Positions 36,605 to 45,883 of a stretch of 64,000 bases of DNA are shown piece by piece; within the stretch, counting starts at the first letter, position 1, and every line of letters begins with the position of its first letter. The translations under genes were made by a program, and so were the position numbers. This DNA comes from Sphingomicrobium sp. (GTDB lineage Bacteria > Pseudomonadota > Alphaproteobacteria > Sphingomonadales > Sphingomonadaceae). Below the pieces are notes generated by a model. That model searched no databases and had not been told where the DNA came from. It worked only from the letters and a program-made list of their open reading frames with translations. The stretch lies in contig JBDSRV010000073.1 in assembly GCA_039929125.1 (NCBI GenBank), forward strand, positions 16,639 to 80,638, written 5' to 3'.

Positions 36605-37618
36605 GTGCGGTGGTGGCTGCTGACGCTGACGGCGTTGGCCGCCCGGGCGGAAGCTGCGCCGGTGCTGAGCGGATCGGCGGGCGACGCGCGTTGCGCCGAA
36701 GCGCTGGACCTCGGCCGGGCCGCGTTCAACGCCACCGGCGACACCTTGCTCTGGCCGATAGCCAAGCCGGCCAACCCCGACATCCGCATCGCCATCGCGC
36801 AGAACGGCCTCGACATCAGCGCCGGCCACGGGGTCGATGCCGATCCCGCCCTGTTCGACACCGTGTCGCGCGAGCCGACCAAGATCGTCTTCGTCCAGCG
36901 CCGGGCCACGGGCGGCGGCCGAATGATCCTCGTCGAGACCGGCTATGGCTGGCGTGGTGATTTCTATGAAGTGCTGCTCGCGGAACCGGCCGAGACGGCT
37001 GAGCAGGCGATCACCCGTTTGAGGCAATCGCCGGGGACGTCGGCGATCGACGCTGGCCTGACCCCGCCACTGATCTTTCACAGTCGGCGCGCCAATGCGA
37101 TGTGGCTGATCGATCGCGGCCAGCGCTTCGAGCCATTGCACGAATGGACGGTCATGGTGCCGACCGGCGGCAAGCTTGCGCGCCTTTGCCAAATCCGGTT
37201 CGGCACGTCCGACGGGCTCGCCTTGTTGCCGCGCCCGGTGCGTCGGCTCGCCGCCTTGCTCGACGAAGCGCTCGGCCCCGGCGCGGACGAAGGCACCCTT
37301 CAGCAAACCGCGCGGCGCCGGATCATGGTCGCCCAAGGCTGGGCCAACGCCGCCAGCCGGCCGTGGGCGGTGACCGGCAATCCCTACGCGCAAAGCGTGG
37401 CGACGATCGACCAGGGGCTGGCCTCATGGTCGCGGCACAATATCAAGCGAACGCAGGTGGTGACATCGATCCACGCCCTGCGGCGTCCGGCGGAACGTGC
37501 CCTCGGCGATTATCTCGCGAGGCGCTTCTCTGGGCGGGCGGGCGCGCCGCGGAGCGACGCCCATGCGATCATCGAGCGCATGAGCCGGAGCTACTTCGCC
37601 TTCCCGGGCGGCGGCTGA
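36605..37618 (+). CDS. Exported hypothetical protein
   Basis: GTG start, signal-like WWLLTLTALAARAEA; no family recognised. Confidence 0.6.
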   Translation: MRWWLLTLTALAARAEAAPVLSGSAGDARCAEALDLGRAAFNATGDTLLWPIAKPANPDIRIAIAQNGLDISAGHGVDADPALFDTVSREPTKIVFVQRRATGGGRMILVETGYGWRGDFYEVLLAEPAETAEQAITRLRQSPGTSAIDAGLTPPLIFHSRRANAMWLIDRGQRFEPLHEWTVMVPTGGKLARLCQIRFGTSDGLALLPRPVRRLAALLDEALGPGADEGTLQQTARRRIMVAQGWANAASRPWAVTGNPYAQSVATIDQGLASWSRHNIKRTQVVTSIHALRRPAERALGDYLARRFSGRAGAPRSDAHAIIERMSRSYFAFPGGG

Positions 37619-37621
37619 TCC

Positions 37622-37864
37622 CTAACCCTTCCCGATCTCGCGCCAGCTTCTCTCGCTGACCTCGACATCATACTTCTTCGCCGCCGCCTTGATCCGCGTC
37701 CACGCCGCGTCGCGCTCGGCGTCGCTGACGTCCTTGACCTGGTTGAAGCGGGCGATGGCGTTGCGGACGTGGGCCGCATTCTCGAGCGGCTCCTTGCGCT
37801 CGTCGGGAAAGGCGAAGGCGCCCGTGTCGAGGTGGTTGCGGGCGTCGGTCGACAATTTGGTCAT
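37622..37864 (-). CDS. DUF6582-like small protein
   Basis: FAFPDERKEPL...AHVRNAIARFNQV; RBS GGAGG. Confidence 0.75.
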   Translation of the reverse strand: MTKLSTDARNHLDTGAFAFPDERKEPLENAAHVRNAIARFNQVKDVSDAERDAAWTRIKAAAKKYDVEVSERSWREIGKG

Positions 37865-37893
37865 GGCAGCCTCCTTCAAGGTTACCCGCCGAC

Positions 37894-37918
37894 AACGCTC
37901 CAGGCGACCGGCCGCTCC
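37894..37918 (-). promoter_or_regulatory. EcfG-type promoter of the DUF6582-like gene
   Basis: GGAGC-N16-CGTT (one mismatch to consensus). Confidence 0.5.
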
Positions 37919-38395
37919 CTAGCGCGGTGGCCCGCCGGGCTGGACCAGGCAGGTGGCGTTCGAGGCATGGAGGTCGGGGTTCGGCGGCGGGCCGGGGTCG
38001 TCCTGCTTCGGCCCGAGCGCGGCGGGGTCGCCCATCCCGCCGACCTTGACCGCATGAAGGTCGGGGCTCGGCGGTGGCCCGGGGTCGTCCTGCTTGGGGC
38101 CGAGCGCGGCGGGATCGCCAATCCCGCCGACCTTGACCGCATGGAGGTCGGGGCTCGGCAGTGGGCCGGCGTCGTCCTGCTTGGGGCCGAGCGCGGTCGG
38201 GTTGTCGGTGCCGGGGCGGTCTGGCCCGCCGATCGCCGGCAGCGGCGCGATGCCGCCCTGGACGATGATGTGGGTCGACGGCACGACATGCCCGGCCGAG
38301 TCGCAGTGGGCACGGAGCCGCGGGCCATGGAACGTTGGCGGCGGCGAGGCCGCGATCAGCGCCACCGCGCCCAGGGTGATTGCCAGATGCCGCAT
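37919..38395 (-). CDS. Exported Pro/Gly/Asp-rich repeat protein (158 aa)
   Basis: Signal-like MRHLAITLGAVALIAA; ALGPKQDD repeated three times. Confidence 0.7.
   Translation of the reverse strand: MRHLAITLGAVALIAASPPPTFHGPRLRAHCDSAGHVVPSTHIIVQGGIAPLPAIGGPDRPGTDNPTALGPKQDDAGPLPSPDLHAVKVGGIGDPAALGPKQDDPGPPPSPDLHAVKVGGMGDPAALGPKQDDPGPPPNPDLHASNATCLVQPGGPPR
37965..38200. repeat. 87-bp tandem repeat, about 2.7 copies
   Basis: GCATG(G/A)AGGTCGGGG recurs at 37965, 38052 and 38139. Confidence 0.92.
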
Positions 38396-38532
38396 TGCCG
38401 CTCTCCCTTTAGTCGCCGTCAGCATATGCCTGCCGCGGCGATTGGGCGAATCGGCCCGGCGGCGGCTTGGCGTCCGGTACGGGCGGGAGCGACCCGCCCG
38501 GACGCCGCTCGGCAGTCCGCGGGCGCCGGACC

Positions 38533-39075
38533 CTATGCCGCCAGCCGTTCGACCTCGCCCAGACCGTTGACGATTCCCGCCTCGCGCTGTTCGGGGCCGA
38601 TGGCGATGCCGTCGGCGTGGACGAAGGTGGGGATGATGCCGAGGAAGCCGAGCACGCCCGTCAGATAGGTTTCGACATGCTCCATCGCCCCGCCCGCTTC
38701 ATAGAAACCGCCGCGCGAGATGGCGACGATGACGCGCTTGGCGCCGGCCAGCCCTTCGGGGCCCGCGGCGGTGTAGCGAAACGTCTTGCCGGCGATGGCG
38801 ATGCGGTCGATCCACGCCTTCAACTGGCTCGGCACCCCGAAATTATACATTGGCGCCCCGATCACGACGGTGTCGGCGGCAAGGAATTCGTCGAGCACGT
38901 CAGCGTCGGCGAACGCGGCCAAAGTGATGTGGTCGAGCGGCGCGGCAGCGAGGTCGCGGGTAGTGACCGTCGCGCCCGGCTGCTCGGCGACCAACTGGTC
39001 GAGGATGGCAGAGGTGAGCTGGCGGCTGACGCTGGCGTCGCCGGTGATGCTGCTGTCGATCTTGAGGATGGTCAT
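38533..39075 (-). CDS. azoR: FMN-dependent NADH-azoreductase
   Basis: ILKIDSS, SVSRQL, PMYNFGVPSQLKAWID, SRGG. Confidence 0.92.
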   Translation of the reverse strand: MTILKIDSSITGDASVSRQLTSAILDQLVAEQPGATVTTRDLAAAPLDHITLAAFADADVLDEFLAADTVVIGAPMYNFGVPSQLKAWIDRIAIAGKTFRYTAAGPEGLAGAKRVIVAISRGGFYEAGGAMEHVETYLTGVLGFLGIIPTFVHADGIAIGPEQREAGIVNGLGEVERLAA

Positions 39076-39126
39076 CATCTGGTCCTTGGTATTGATTTGT
39101 TACCGGGACACTTTAAATAACCCCGT

Positions 39127-39564
39127 ATGGACACGCATCAAGACGGCATATTTTTGTCACCAAGGCACAGCAATGTGACCGCCCCCCAACCGCCCGCCCA
39201 GGGTGACCTGCAGCATGCCGGGTGCCGCAATGTGGCGCCGGTGCTCAACCGCGTCGGCGACAAATGGAGCATGCTGATCGTGATGATCCTGAGCGATGGA
39301 TCGAAGCGCTTTTCGGAATTGAAGCGCGCCATCGACGGCATTTCGCAGCGCATGCTGACGCTGACCCTGCGCGGGCTCGAGCGCGACGGGCTGGTGACGC
39401 GGACGGTCACGCCGACCATCCCGCCGCGGGTGGATTATGAGCTGACCGAGCTCGGCATTTCGCTGCGCCAGCCGGTCAAGGCGCTCGGCGAGTGGGCGAT
39501 CGAGCATATCGGCTGCATCCGCGCCGCCCAGGAACGTTTCGACTCGGCGAAAGACGCGCTCTAG
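39127..39564 (+). CDS. HxlR/DUF24 family transcriptional regulator with N-terminal Cys
   Basis: GCRNV...[32 protein letters not shown]; start may be GTG 39175; divergent from azoR. Confidence 0.88.
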   Translation: MDTHQDGIFLSPRHSNVTAPQPPAQGDLQHAGCRNVAPVLNRVGDKWSMLIVMILSDGSKRFSELKRAIDGISQRMLTLTLRGLERDGLVTRTVTPTIPPRVDYELTELGISLRQPVKALGEWAIEHIGCIRAAQERFDSAKDAL

Positions 39565-40391
39565 ACCCCCATGATCCGGTGGACGGTTGCATGCCACCAC
39601 GGCTTGTCCCACGCCGCCTGAACCAGGATCGCGAACGGCAAGTTGAGCGCCAGAAACCACCAATATGCGCGGTGCACGCGGTGATTGCGGATGACGTCCC
39701 ACACGAACATCGGCGCAACCGCCAGCAGCGGATATAAGGTCGCCGATATCGAACTCGCCGGGAAGGTCGTCGGCAGCCAGGTGATCCGGTCGAACGCCGC
39801 CGGAAGCGCCATCGCGGGCCCGAGGATCATCATCCGTTTATGGAACCCGGCGTCGCGTCCGCGCGTCATCAGCCCAAGGATAACGAATAGCGGAAACAGC
39901 AGCCCGATCCGGATTTGCAACAGCATGATGTTGTCGAGCCTCAGGCTCAAGTCCTGCATCGCTGGCCGTGCCGCCAAAGGAGCATGCTGCGCCCCGTCCC
40001 AGACCGACAGATAGATGGTCGGAATGAGGATGAAGCCGACGATTACCAGCAGCGGAATGAATACCATCGCCACCGGGCCGACCCGGCGGTGAAGCGCCAG
40101 CTTGCCGGTCGCCGTCAACCACGTTTGCACCAGCAGCAGCAACAGATACGACCCCATCAGCACCGCATGGACATGCAGGATGATCGGGAATGGCGGGCGC
40201 TGGCCAGCGTTGACCATTGCGATCTTCATCGCCGAATCGGGGATGAATCCGGCCAAGGTGATGACGATGAACAAGACCGCGGTGAAGACGTAGATCCAAC
40301 GGTCGATCAGCCCGGCGCGCGGAGTCCCGGATAAGACGTCGATGTCGCGATCGGCCTCCACTGGTGTGTGCATGATTGTGGCCATGGCCAT
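39561..40391 (-). CDS. Hypothetical integral membrane protein
   Basis: About six TM helices; LHVHA, LHRRVG and FHKRMM His motifs. Confidence 0.7.
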   Translation of the reverse strand: MAMATIMHTPVEADRDIDVLSGTPRAGLIDRWIYVFTAVLFIVITLAGFIPDSAMKIAMVNAGQRPPFPIILHVHAVLMGSYLLLLLVQTWLTATGKLALHRRVGPVAMVFIPLLVIVGFILIPTIYLSVWDGAQHAPLAARPAMQDLSLRLDNIMLLQIRIGLLFPLFVILGLMTRGRDAGFHKRMMILGPAMALPAAFDRITWLPTTFPASSISATLYPLLAVAPMFVWDVIRNHRVHRAYWWFLALNLPFAILVQAAWDKPWWHATVHRIMGV

Positions 40392-40457
40392 CCCCCCTCA
40401 GGTCAAGCAGCGACCAGGGCCATAGCAGTGATTGACCGGCGGTGAAACGAGCCTCGC

Positions 40458-40724
40458 TCAGTTTCCCGCCCGCTCCTTGGCTTTCTCGGCGATCGTCAGG
40501 TCGCGCAGCAGGGCGTCGACGCTGGCCGTCAGTTCGGGCAGGAAATCGACCTGGTGGCGGGCGCCACGATAGCTTTCGACCATCAGCAAGGCGTCGATCA
40601 GGATCGGCACGACCAGGCCCTCGGGATCGTCGAGCTCGGCCAGCCCGCGCAGCTTGGCCAGCGCCTTGGCCCGCGCCGCGACGGGGTTGGCCAATGCCGC
40701 CGTCCGTCCGATCATCCACGCCAT
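40458..40724 (-). CDS. Hypothetical protein (88 aa)
   Basis: Host-like codon usage from ATG 40724; GGAG upstream. Confidence 0.45.
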   Translation of the reverse strand: MAWMIGRTAALANPVAARAKALAKLRGLAELDDPEGLVVPILIDALLMVESYRGARHQVDFLPELTASVDALLRDLTIAEKAKERAGN

Positions 40725-40870
40725 GACTTCATCACTCCACCCAAAGCCGGGAGAATAGAGCAGCGCCGCCGCGAAGGAAGTTCCGGCGAGCGCGTAGAAG
40801 GTTCGGCTCGGCGTTACCGGCGATGAATGCACCGATTTGCGTCGCCGCGAACAGGCGCTAGGGCAAGGCC

Positions 40871-43222
40871 ATGCCAAAGCCTGTTTCGCCCGATCTCGAC
40901 GCCCTGCGCACCCTCGACGACAAGCTCCGCTTCCTGTCGAGCTGGACGATCCACCACGCCAACCACGTCCGCGACTCCAGCGACGGGCTCAAGGTCGGCG
41001 GGCACCAGGCGAGCTGCGCGTCGATGACCGCGATCATGGCCGCGCTCTACTTCCGCGCGCTCGGCCCCAACGACCGGGTGGCGGTCAAACCGCACGCCGG
41101 ACCGGTGCTCCACGCCATCCATTATCTGCTCGGCAGCCAGAGCCTCGAGCAGCTCCAGAATTTCCGCGGCTTCGGCGGCATGCAAAGCTACCCGAGCCGG
41201 ACCAAGGACAAGATCCCGGTCGACTTCTCGACCGGATCGGTGGGCTTGGGCGTGGCGATCACCGCCTTCGCCAGCCTCGTCCAGGACTACCTCACCGCCC
41301 ACGGCCTGATGGACGAAGCCGACCGCGGGCGGTTCGTCGCGCTGATCGGCGATGCCGAATTGGACGAGGGCAATATCTACGAATGCCTGATCGAGGCCTA
41401 CAAGCACAACATCCGCAATTGCTGGTGGATCGTCGATTATAATCGCCAGAGCCTCGACGCGACCTCGGCCGACCGCATGTTCGAACGGTTCGACGAGATT
41501 TTCGCAAGCTGCGGCTGGCGCACGGTCGAGCTACGCTACGGCAAAAGGCTGAGCGCCGCGCTCGACAAATATCCCGCCGTCCGTACCTGGCTCAACCAGC
41601 TGCCCAACGCCGATTCCGCCGCGCTGCTTTATCAGGGCGGCACGGCATGGCGGGCGCGGCTGACGGCCGACCTCGGCAAGGCGGCCGCTCCGTTCCTCAA
41701 GGGCCTCGACGATGCCGCGCTAGGCACCCTGATGAGCGACCTCGGCGGGCATTGCATGGCAACGCTCGTCGAGGCGTTCGACGCCGCCCAGGACGACGTG
41801 CCGACGCTGTTCGTGGCGTGGACGGTCAAGGGCTTCGGGCTGCCGTTCGCCGGCCACAAGGACAATCATTCGGGCCTGATGAACCCGACCCAGGCGCACG
41901 CCATGCGCGACGCCATGGGCATTGCCGAGGGCGACGAATGGACGCCGCTCGCCGGGATCGGCGCCAACGCCCGCGCCGGGGTCGCGGCGCTGCTCGATCG
42001 CTCGCGCATCGCCCGCACCAAGCGCGACCGCAGCTTCGGCGCGATTGGCATCCCCGACATCCCCGCCCCAAGCGGTGACGAGCAGGCCACCCAGGCCGCG
42101 TTCGGGCGCATCCTGCTCGACCTCAGCCGCGCCGGCGGCGACCTCGCGAACCGCATCGTCACCACCTCGCCCGACGTCACCGTGTCGACCAACCTCGGCG
42201 CCTGGGTCAACCAGCGCGGACTCTACAAACGCCGCGCCATGGCCGACGCTTTCGCGCTCGCAAAGATTCCCTCTGCGCAAAAGTGGGCGGCGACAAATAA
42301 GGGCCAGCACATCGAGCTCGGCATTGCGGAATCCAATCTTTTCCTGATGTTGGCCGCGCTCGGGCTGGCCGGCGATCTGTTCGGCCAGCGGCTGGTGCCG
42401 ATCGGCACGCTCTACGATCCGTTCATCGCGCGCGGCCTCGATAGCCTCAATTACGCTTGCTACCAGGACGCCCGCTTCCTCCTCGTCGCCACCCCGTCGG
42501 GCATCACGCTGGGGCCGGAAGGCGGCGCCCACCAGTCGATCAACCCGCCGCTGATCGCGCTCGGCCAGCCCGGCCTGCGCCACTACGAACCGGCCTTCGC
42601 CGACGAGCTGGCGGCGATGATCGCCGAAGCCTTCCGGCTGATCGACGACCCCGCCGGCGAATCGACGTACCTGCGCCTTTCGACTCGCGCCATCGCCCAG
42701 GTCGAGCGTACGGGCGATGAGTGGAAAGCGGGCGCGATCGCCGGCGGCTATTGGCTGCGCGAGCCCGGGCCGAATGCCGAAGCGGCGATCGTCGCGATGG
42801 GCGCCATCATGCCAGAGGCGCTGGCGTCGTTGGAGGCACTTTCCACCGACCTTCCGGGCATCGGCCTGCTCGCGGTCACCTCCCCCGACCTGCTCCACCG
42901 CGGCTGGATGGCGGCGCAGGCCGGGCGCTGGGCGGGGTCGGCGCAAAGCCTGTCCGGGGGGCAGGCGAGCGCCGACCGCCGGCCGAGCCACGTCGAAACC
43001 CTGCTGTCCGTCCTCGCCCCCGGCGCCGGCCTCGTCACCCTGTGCGACGCCGCCCCCACCTCGCTGTCGTGGCTCGGCGGCGTGCTTGGCCACCGCGTCG
43101 CGCCGCTCGGCGTCGACCGGTTCGGACAGACCGGCAGCCTTGGCGACCTCTACGCTGCCTACCGGCTGGACGGCGCCGCGGTGACCGAGGCGATCGCCGA
43201 GCTGCTGCTCACCGCTTCTTAA
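40871..43222 (+). CDS. TPP-dependent transketolase-like / homodimeric pyruvate dehydrogenase E1 (AceE-like)
   Basis: KVGGHQAS, TGSVGLG, GDAELDEG...NRQSLD TPP motif, EGGAHQS. Confidence 0.82.
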   Translation: MPKPVSPDLDALRTLDDKLRFLSSWTIHHANHVRDSSDGLKVGGHQASCASMTAIMAALYFRALGPNDRVAVKPHAGPVLHAIHYLLGSQSLEQLQNFRGFGGMQSYPSRTKDKIPVDFSTGSVGLGVAITAFASLVQDYLTAHGLMDEADRGRFVALIGDAELDEGNIYECLIEAYKHNIRNCWWIVDYNRQSLDATSADRMFERFDEIFASCGWRTVELRYGKRLSAALDKYPAVRTWLNQLPNADSAALLYQGGTAWRARLTADLGKAAAPFLKGLDDAALGTLMSDLGGHCMATLVEAFDAAQDDVPTLFVAWTVKGFGLPFAGHKDNHSGLMNPTQAHAMRDAMGIAEGDEWTPLAGIGANARAGVAALLDRSRIARTKRDRSFGAIGIPDIPAPSGDEQATQAAFGRILLDLSRAGGDLANRIVTTSPDVTVSTNLGAWVNQRGLYKRRAMADAFALAKIPSAQKWAATNKGQHIELGIAESNLFLMLAALGLAGDLFGQRLVPIGTLYDPFIARGLDSLNYACYQDARFLLVATPSGITLGPEGGAHQSINPPLIALGQPGLRHYEPAFADELAAMIAEAFRLIDDPAGESTYLRLSTRAIAQVERTGDEWKAGAIAGGYWLREPGPNAEAAIVAMGAIMPEALASLEALSTDLPGIGLLAVTSPDLLHRGWMAAQAGRWAGSAQSLSGGQASADRRPSHVETLLSVLAPGAGLVTLCDAAPTSLSWLGGVLGHRVAPLGVDRFGQTGSLGDLYAAYRLDGAAVTEAIAELLLTAS

Positions 43223-43246
43223 CGAACCCCGCTATATCGACGGGCC

Positions 43247-43507
43247 ATGGGCCGCCCGATCAACGAACTCGACCATCGTCTTGCCGCCGAGCTCGACCAT
43301 GCCCGCGACATGCTGATGTTGATGGGCGACGATCTGTCGACCGACTTCGCGGTCGTCTCGCGCCACGGCGTGTCGTTGCAGGCGGTCGACATCGTCGGCC
43401 AGATGCTCGGCCACATCGCCAGCGTCATCCGCGCCGATGACCGCGCCGCCGCGGTCGGCCGCATCGGCATGTGCGAGCTAAAGACGAAACTGTCCCGCGC
43501 CGCTTGA
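43247..43507 (+). CDS. Hypothetical helical protein (86 aa)
   Basis: Clean ORF with host codon usage; no family recognised. Confidence 0.65.
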   Translation: MGRPINELDHRLAAELDHARDMLMLMGDDLSTDFAVVSRHGVSLQAVDIVGQMLGHIASVIRADDRAAAVGRIGMCELKTKLSRAA

Positions 43508-43538
43508 GACAATCCGCGCCCTCGCCTAGAGCAAGGCC

Positions 43539-43991
43539 ATGGCAGGACGCTATTTCGACGAGTGGCAGGTCGGCGACACCGTCGCCCATGCCGTCACCCG
43601 CACCGTCACCGAGACCGACAATGTCTTGATTTCGGCGCTGACCCACAACCCGCAGCCGCTCCACCTCGACCATGAAGCCGCCGCCGCGTCGGAGTTTGGG
43701 CGCCCGCTGGTCAACTCCATCTACACCTTCGGGCTGATGATCGGCGTGTCGGTCGCCGACACCACGCTCGGCACCCTGGTCGCCAATCTCGGCTACAACG
43801 ACCTCAATTTCCCGGCCCCGGTGTTCATCGGCGACACGCTGCGCTCCGAGACCGAGTGCACCGCGGTGCGCGAGTCGAGGTCGCGTCCCAACTCCGGGAT
43901 CGTCACCTGGCTTCACCAAAGCTTCAACCAGCGCGGCGAACTGGTGTGCCGCTGCACCCGCTCGGCGCTGCTGCTCAAGTCGCCGGCATGA
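43539..43991 (+). CDS. MaoC family dehydratase
   Basis: [28 protein letters not shown] hot-dog hydratase motif. Confidence 0.9.
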   Translation: MAGRYFDEWQVGDTVAHAVTRTVTETDNVLISALTHNPQPLHLDHEAAAASEFGRPLVNSIYTFGLMIGVSVADTTLGTLVANLGYNDLNFPAPVFIGDTLRSETECTAVRESRSRPNSGIVTWLHQSFNQRGELVCRCTRSALLLKSPA

Positions 43992-44821
43992 CCCCGCCGA
44001 GCCCGCGCAGCTGGCTGTTCGTCCCCGCCGACAGCGACAAGAAGATCGCCAAGGCCATCGCCAGCGACGCCGACGCCTTGATCTTCGACCTTGAGGACAG
44101 CGTCGCGCTCGACCGCAAGCAGCACGCCCGTGACCTCCTCAAGACGCTCAAGCGCAGCGACGGCCCGCGCTGGTGGGTGCGGATCAACCCGCTGCGCACC
44201 GAGCATCACAAGAAGGACCTCGAGATCTTCGCCTCGGCCGATTTCGAGGGCGTCGTGCTGCCCAAGGCGGAAGGCGGCGCCGACGTCGCCGAGCTTGCCC
44301 ACCGCACCGGCCATATGCCGATCCACGCCATCGTCACCGAAACCGCGGCCAGCCTGTTCGGCCTCCTCAGCTACCGCGACGCCAAGTCGCCGCTGGCGGC
44401 GATGAGTTGGGGCGCCGAAGACCTCTCCGCCGCGCTCGGCGCCGCGTCCAAATATGAGGCCGATGGCGAGCTTGCCTTCACCTATCGCCTGGCCCGCTCC
44501 TTGTGCCTTGCCGGCGCGGTTGCCGCCGGGGTCCAGCCGGTCGACGGCGTATTCGCCGATTTCCGCGACGAACATGGGCTGATGATCGAAGCCCAGGCCG
44601 CGGCGCGCGAGGGCTTCACCGGCAAGCTCGCCATCCACCCCGCCCAGGTCGGCCCGATCAACGCCGCCTTCACCCCGACGCCCGAGGACGTCGCCCACGC
44701 TTTGGCGATCGTCGCCGCCTTTGCCGCCGATCCCTCGGCTGGCGTGTTGTCTGTCGGCGGCCGCATGGTCGACCGTCCCCATTTGATCCAGGCCCAGGGG
44801 GTCCTCTCCCGCATCCGATAG
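43988..44821 (+). CDS. CitE/HpcH family CoA-ester lyase
   Basis: [40 protein letters not shown]; ATGA overlap with MaoC. Confidence 0.9.
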   Translation: MTPPSPRSWLFVPADSDKKIAKAIASDADALIFDLEDSVALDRKQHARDLLKTLKRSDGPRWWVRINPLRTEHHKKDLEIFASADFEGVVLPKAEGGADVAELAHRTGHMPIHAIVTETAASLFGLLSYRDAKSPLAAMSWGAEDLSAALGAASKYEADGELAFTYRLARSLCLAGAVAAGVQPVDGVFADFRDEHGLMIEAQAAAREGFTGKLAIHPAQVGPINAAFTPTPEDVAHALAIVAAFAADPSAGVLSVGGRMVDRPHLIQAQGVLSRIR

Positions 44822-44833
44822 GAGTCTTCGACT

Positions 44834-45883
44834 ATGCCGACCGCAGCCAAGGGATGGGGCACCGACGCCGCCGACCAGCCATTGAAGCCGATGGAGTTCG
44901 AGCGCCGCGACCTGCGCCCCGACGACGTGGCGATCAAGATCAGCCACGCCGGCATTTGCCACTCCGACCTCCACACCTGCCGCAACGATTGGGGCGGGAC
45001 TCGCTATCCGGTCATTCCGGGCCACGAGATCGTCGGCACCGTCACCGAAATCGGCAATGAAGTGACCCGCCACCGGGTCGGCGACACCGTCGCGGTCGGC
45101 TGCATGGTCGACAGCTGCATGGAGTGCGACCAGTGCCTGGAAGGGTGGGAAGTGTTCTGCCGCCAGGGCTGCATCCAGACCTACAACAGCCCCGATCGCC
45201 ACGACAAGACGATCAGCAAGGGCGGCTACACAGACCATATCGTGGTGCGCGACCACTTCGTCCTCAAGGTGCCCGAGGGCATGGACGTGGCCCGCGTCGC
45301 GCCGTTGCTGTGCGCCGGAATCACAACGTACTCGCCGCTGCGCCAATATAAGGTCGGCCCGCAGACCAAGATGGCGGTGATCGGGCTGGGCGGCCTCGGC
45401 CACATGGGCGTCAAGCTCGGCGCCGCTTTGGGCGCGCACGTGACGATGATCACCACCACCCCGGAAAAGGCCAAGGACGCGCGCGAGCTTGGCGCCCACG
45501 ATGTCATCGTCTCGACCGACGCGGCGGCGATGAAGGCCGCGGCGACCCGCTTCGACTTCATTCTCAACACCGTGCCCGTCAGCCACGAAATCGACCCTTA
45601 CCTCAACCTGCTCGGGCGGTCGGGGCGGATGGTGATCGTCGGCGCGCTGACGCCGATGCCCGGCTTCACTGGCTTCAACATCATCTGGTGGAACCGGGCG
45701 GTCGGCGGGTCGGCCATCGGCGGCATCCCCGAGACCCAGGAAATGCTCGATTTCTGCGCCGCCAAGGACATTTACCCCGACTGCGAGATGATCGCCATGA
45801 ACGAGGTCAACACCGCTTATGAGCGCCTGCTCAAGAACGACGTCCGCTATCGCTTCGTGATCGACATGGCGCGCGGCCTATGA
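44834..45883 (+). CDS. Zn-dependent NAD(P)H alcohol dehydrogenase (cinnamyl alcohol dehydrogenase family)
   Basis: GICHSD, GHEIVG, CxxCxxC...C structural Zn site, GLGGLG. Confidence 0.92.
   Translation: MPTAAKGWGTDAADQPLKPMEFERRDLRPDDVAIKISHAGICHSDLHTCRNDWGGTRYPVIPGHEIVGTVTEIGNEVTRHRVGDTVAVGCMVDSCMECDQCLEGWEVFCRQGCIQTYNSPDRHDKTISKGGYTDHIVVRDHFVLKVPEGMDVARVAPLLCAGITTYSPLRQYKVGPQTKMAVIGLGGLGHMGVKLGAALGAHVTMITTTPEKAKDARELGAHDVIVSTDAAAMKAAATRFDFILNTVPVSHEIDPYLNLLGRSGRMVIVGALTPMPGFTGFNIIWWNRAVGGSAIGGIPETQEMLDFCAAKDIYPDCEMIAMNEVNTAYERLLKNDVRYRFVIDMARGL

Noticed and set aside
37965-38200. CRISPR array
   Set aside because: Units are contiguous 87-bp in-frame coding repeats with no unique spacers and no cas genes.
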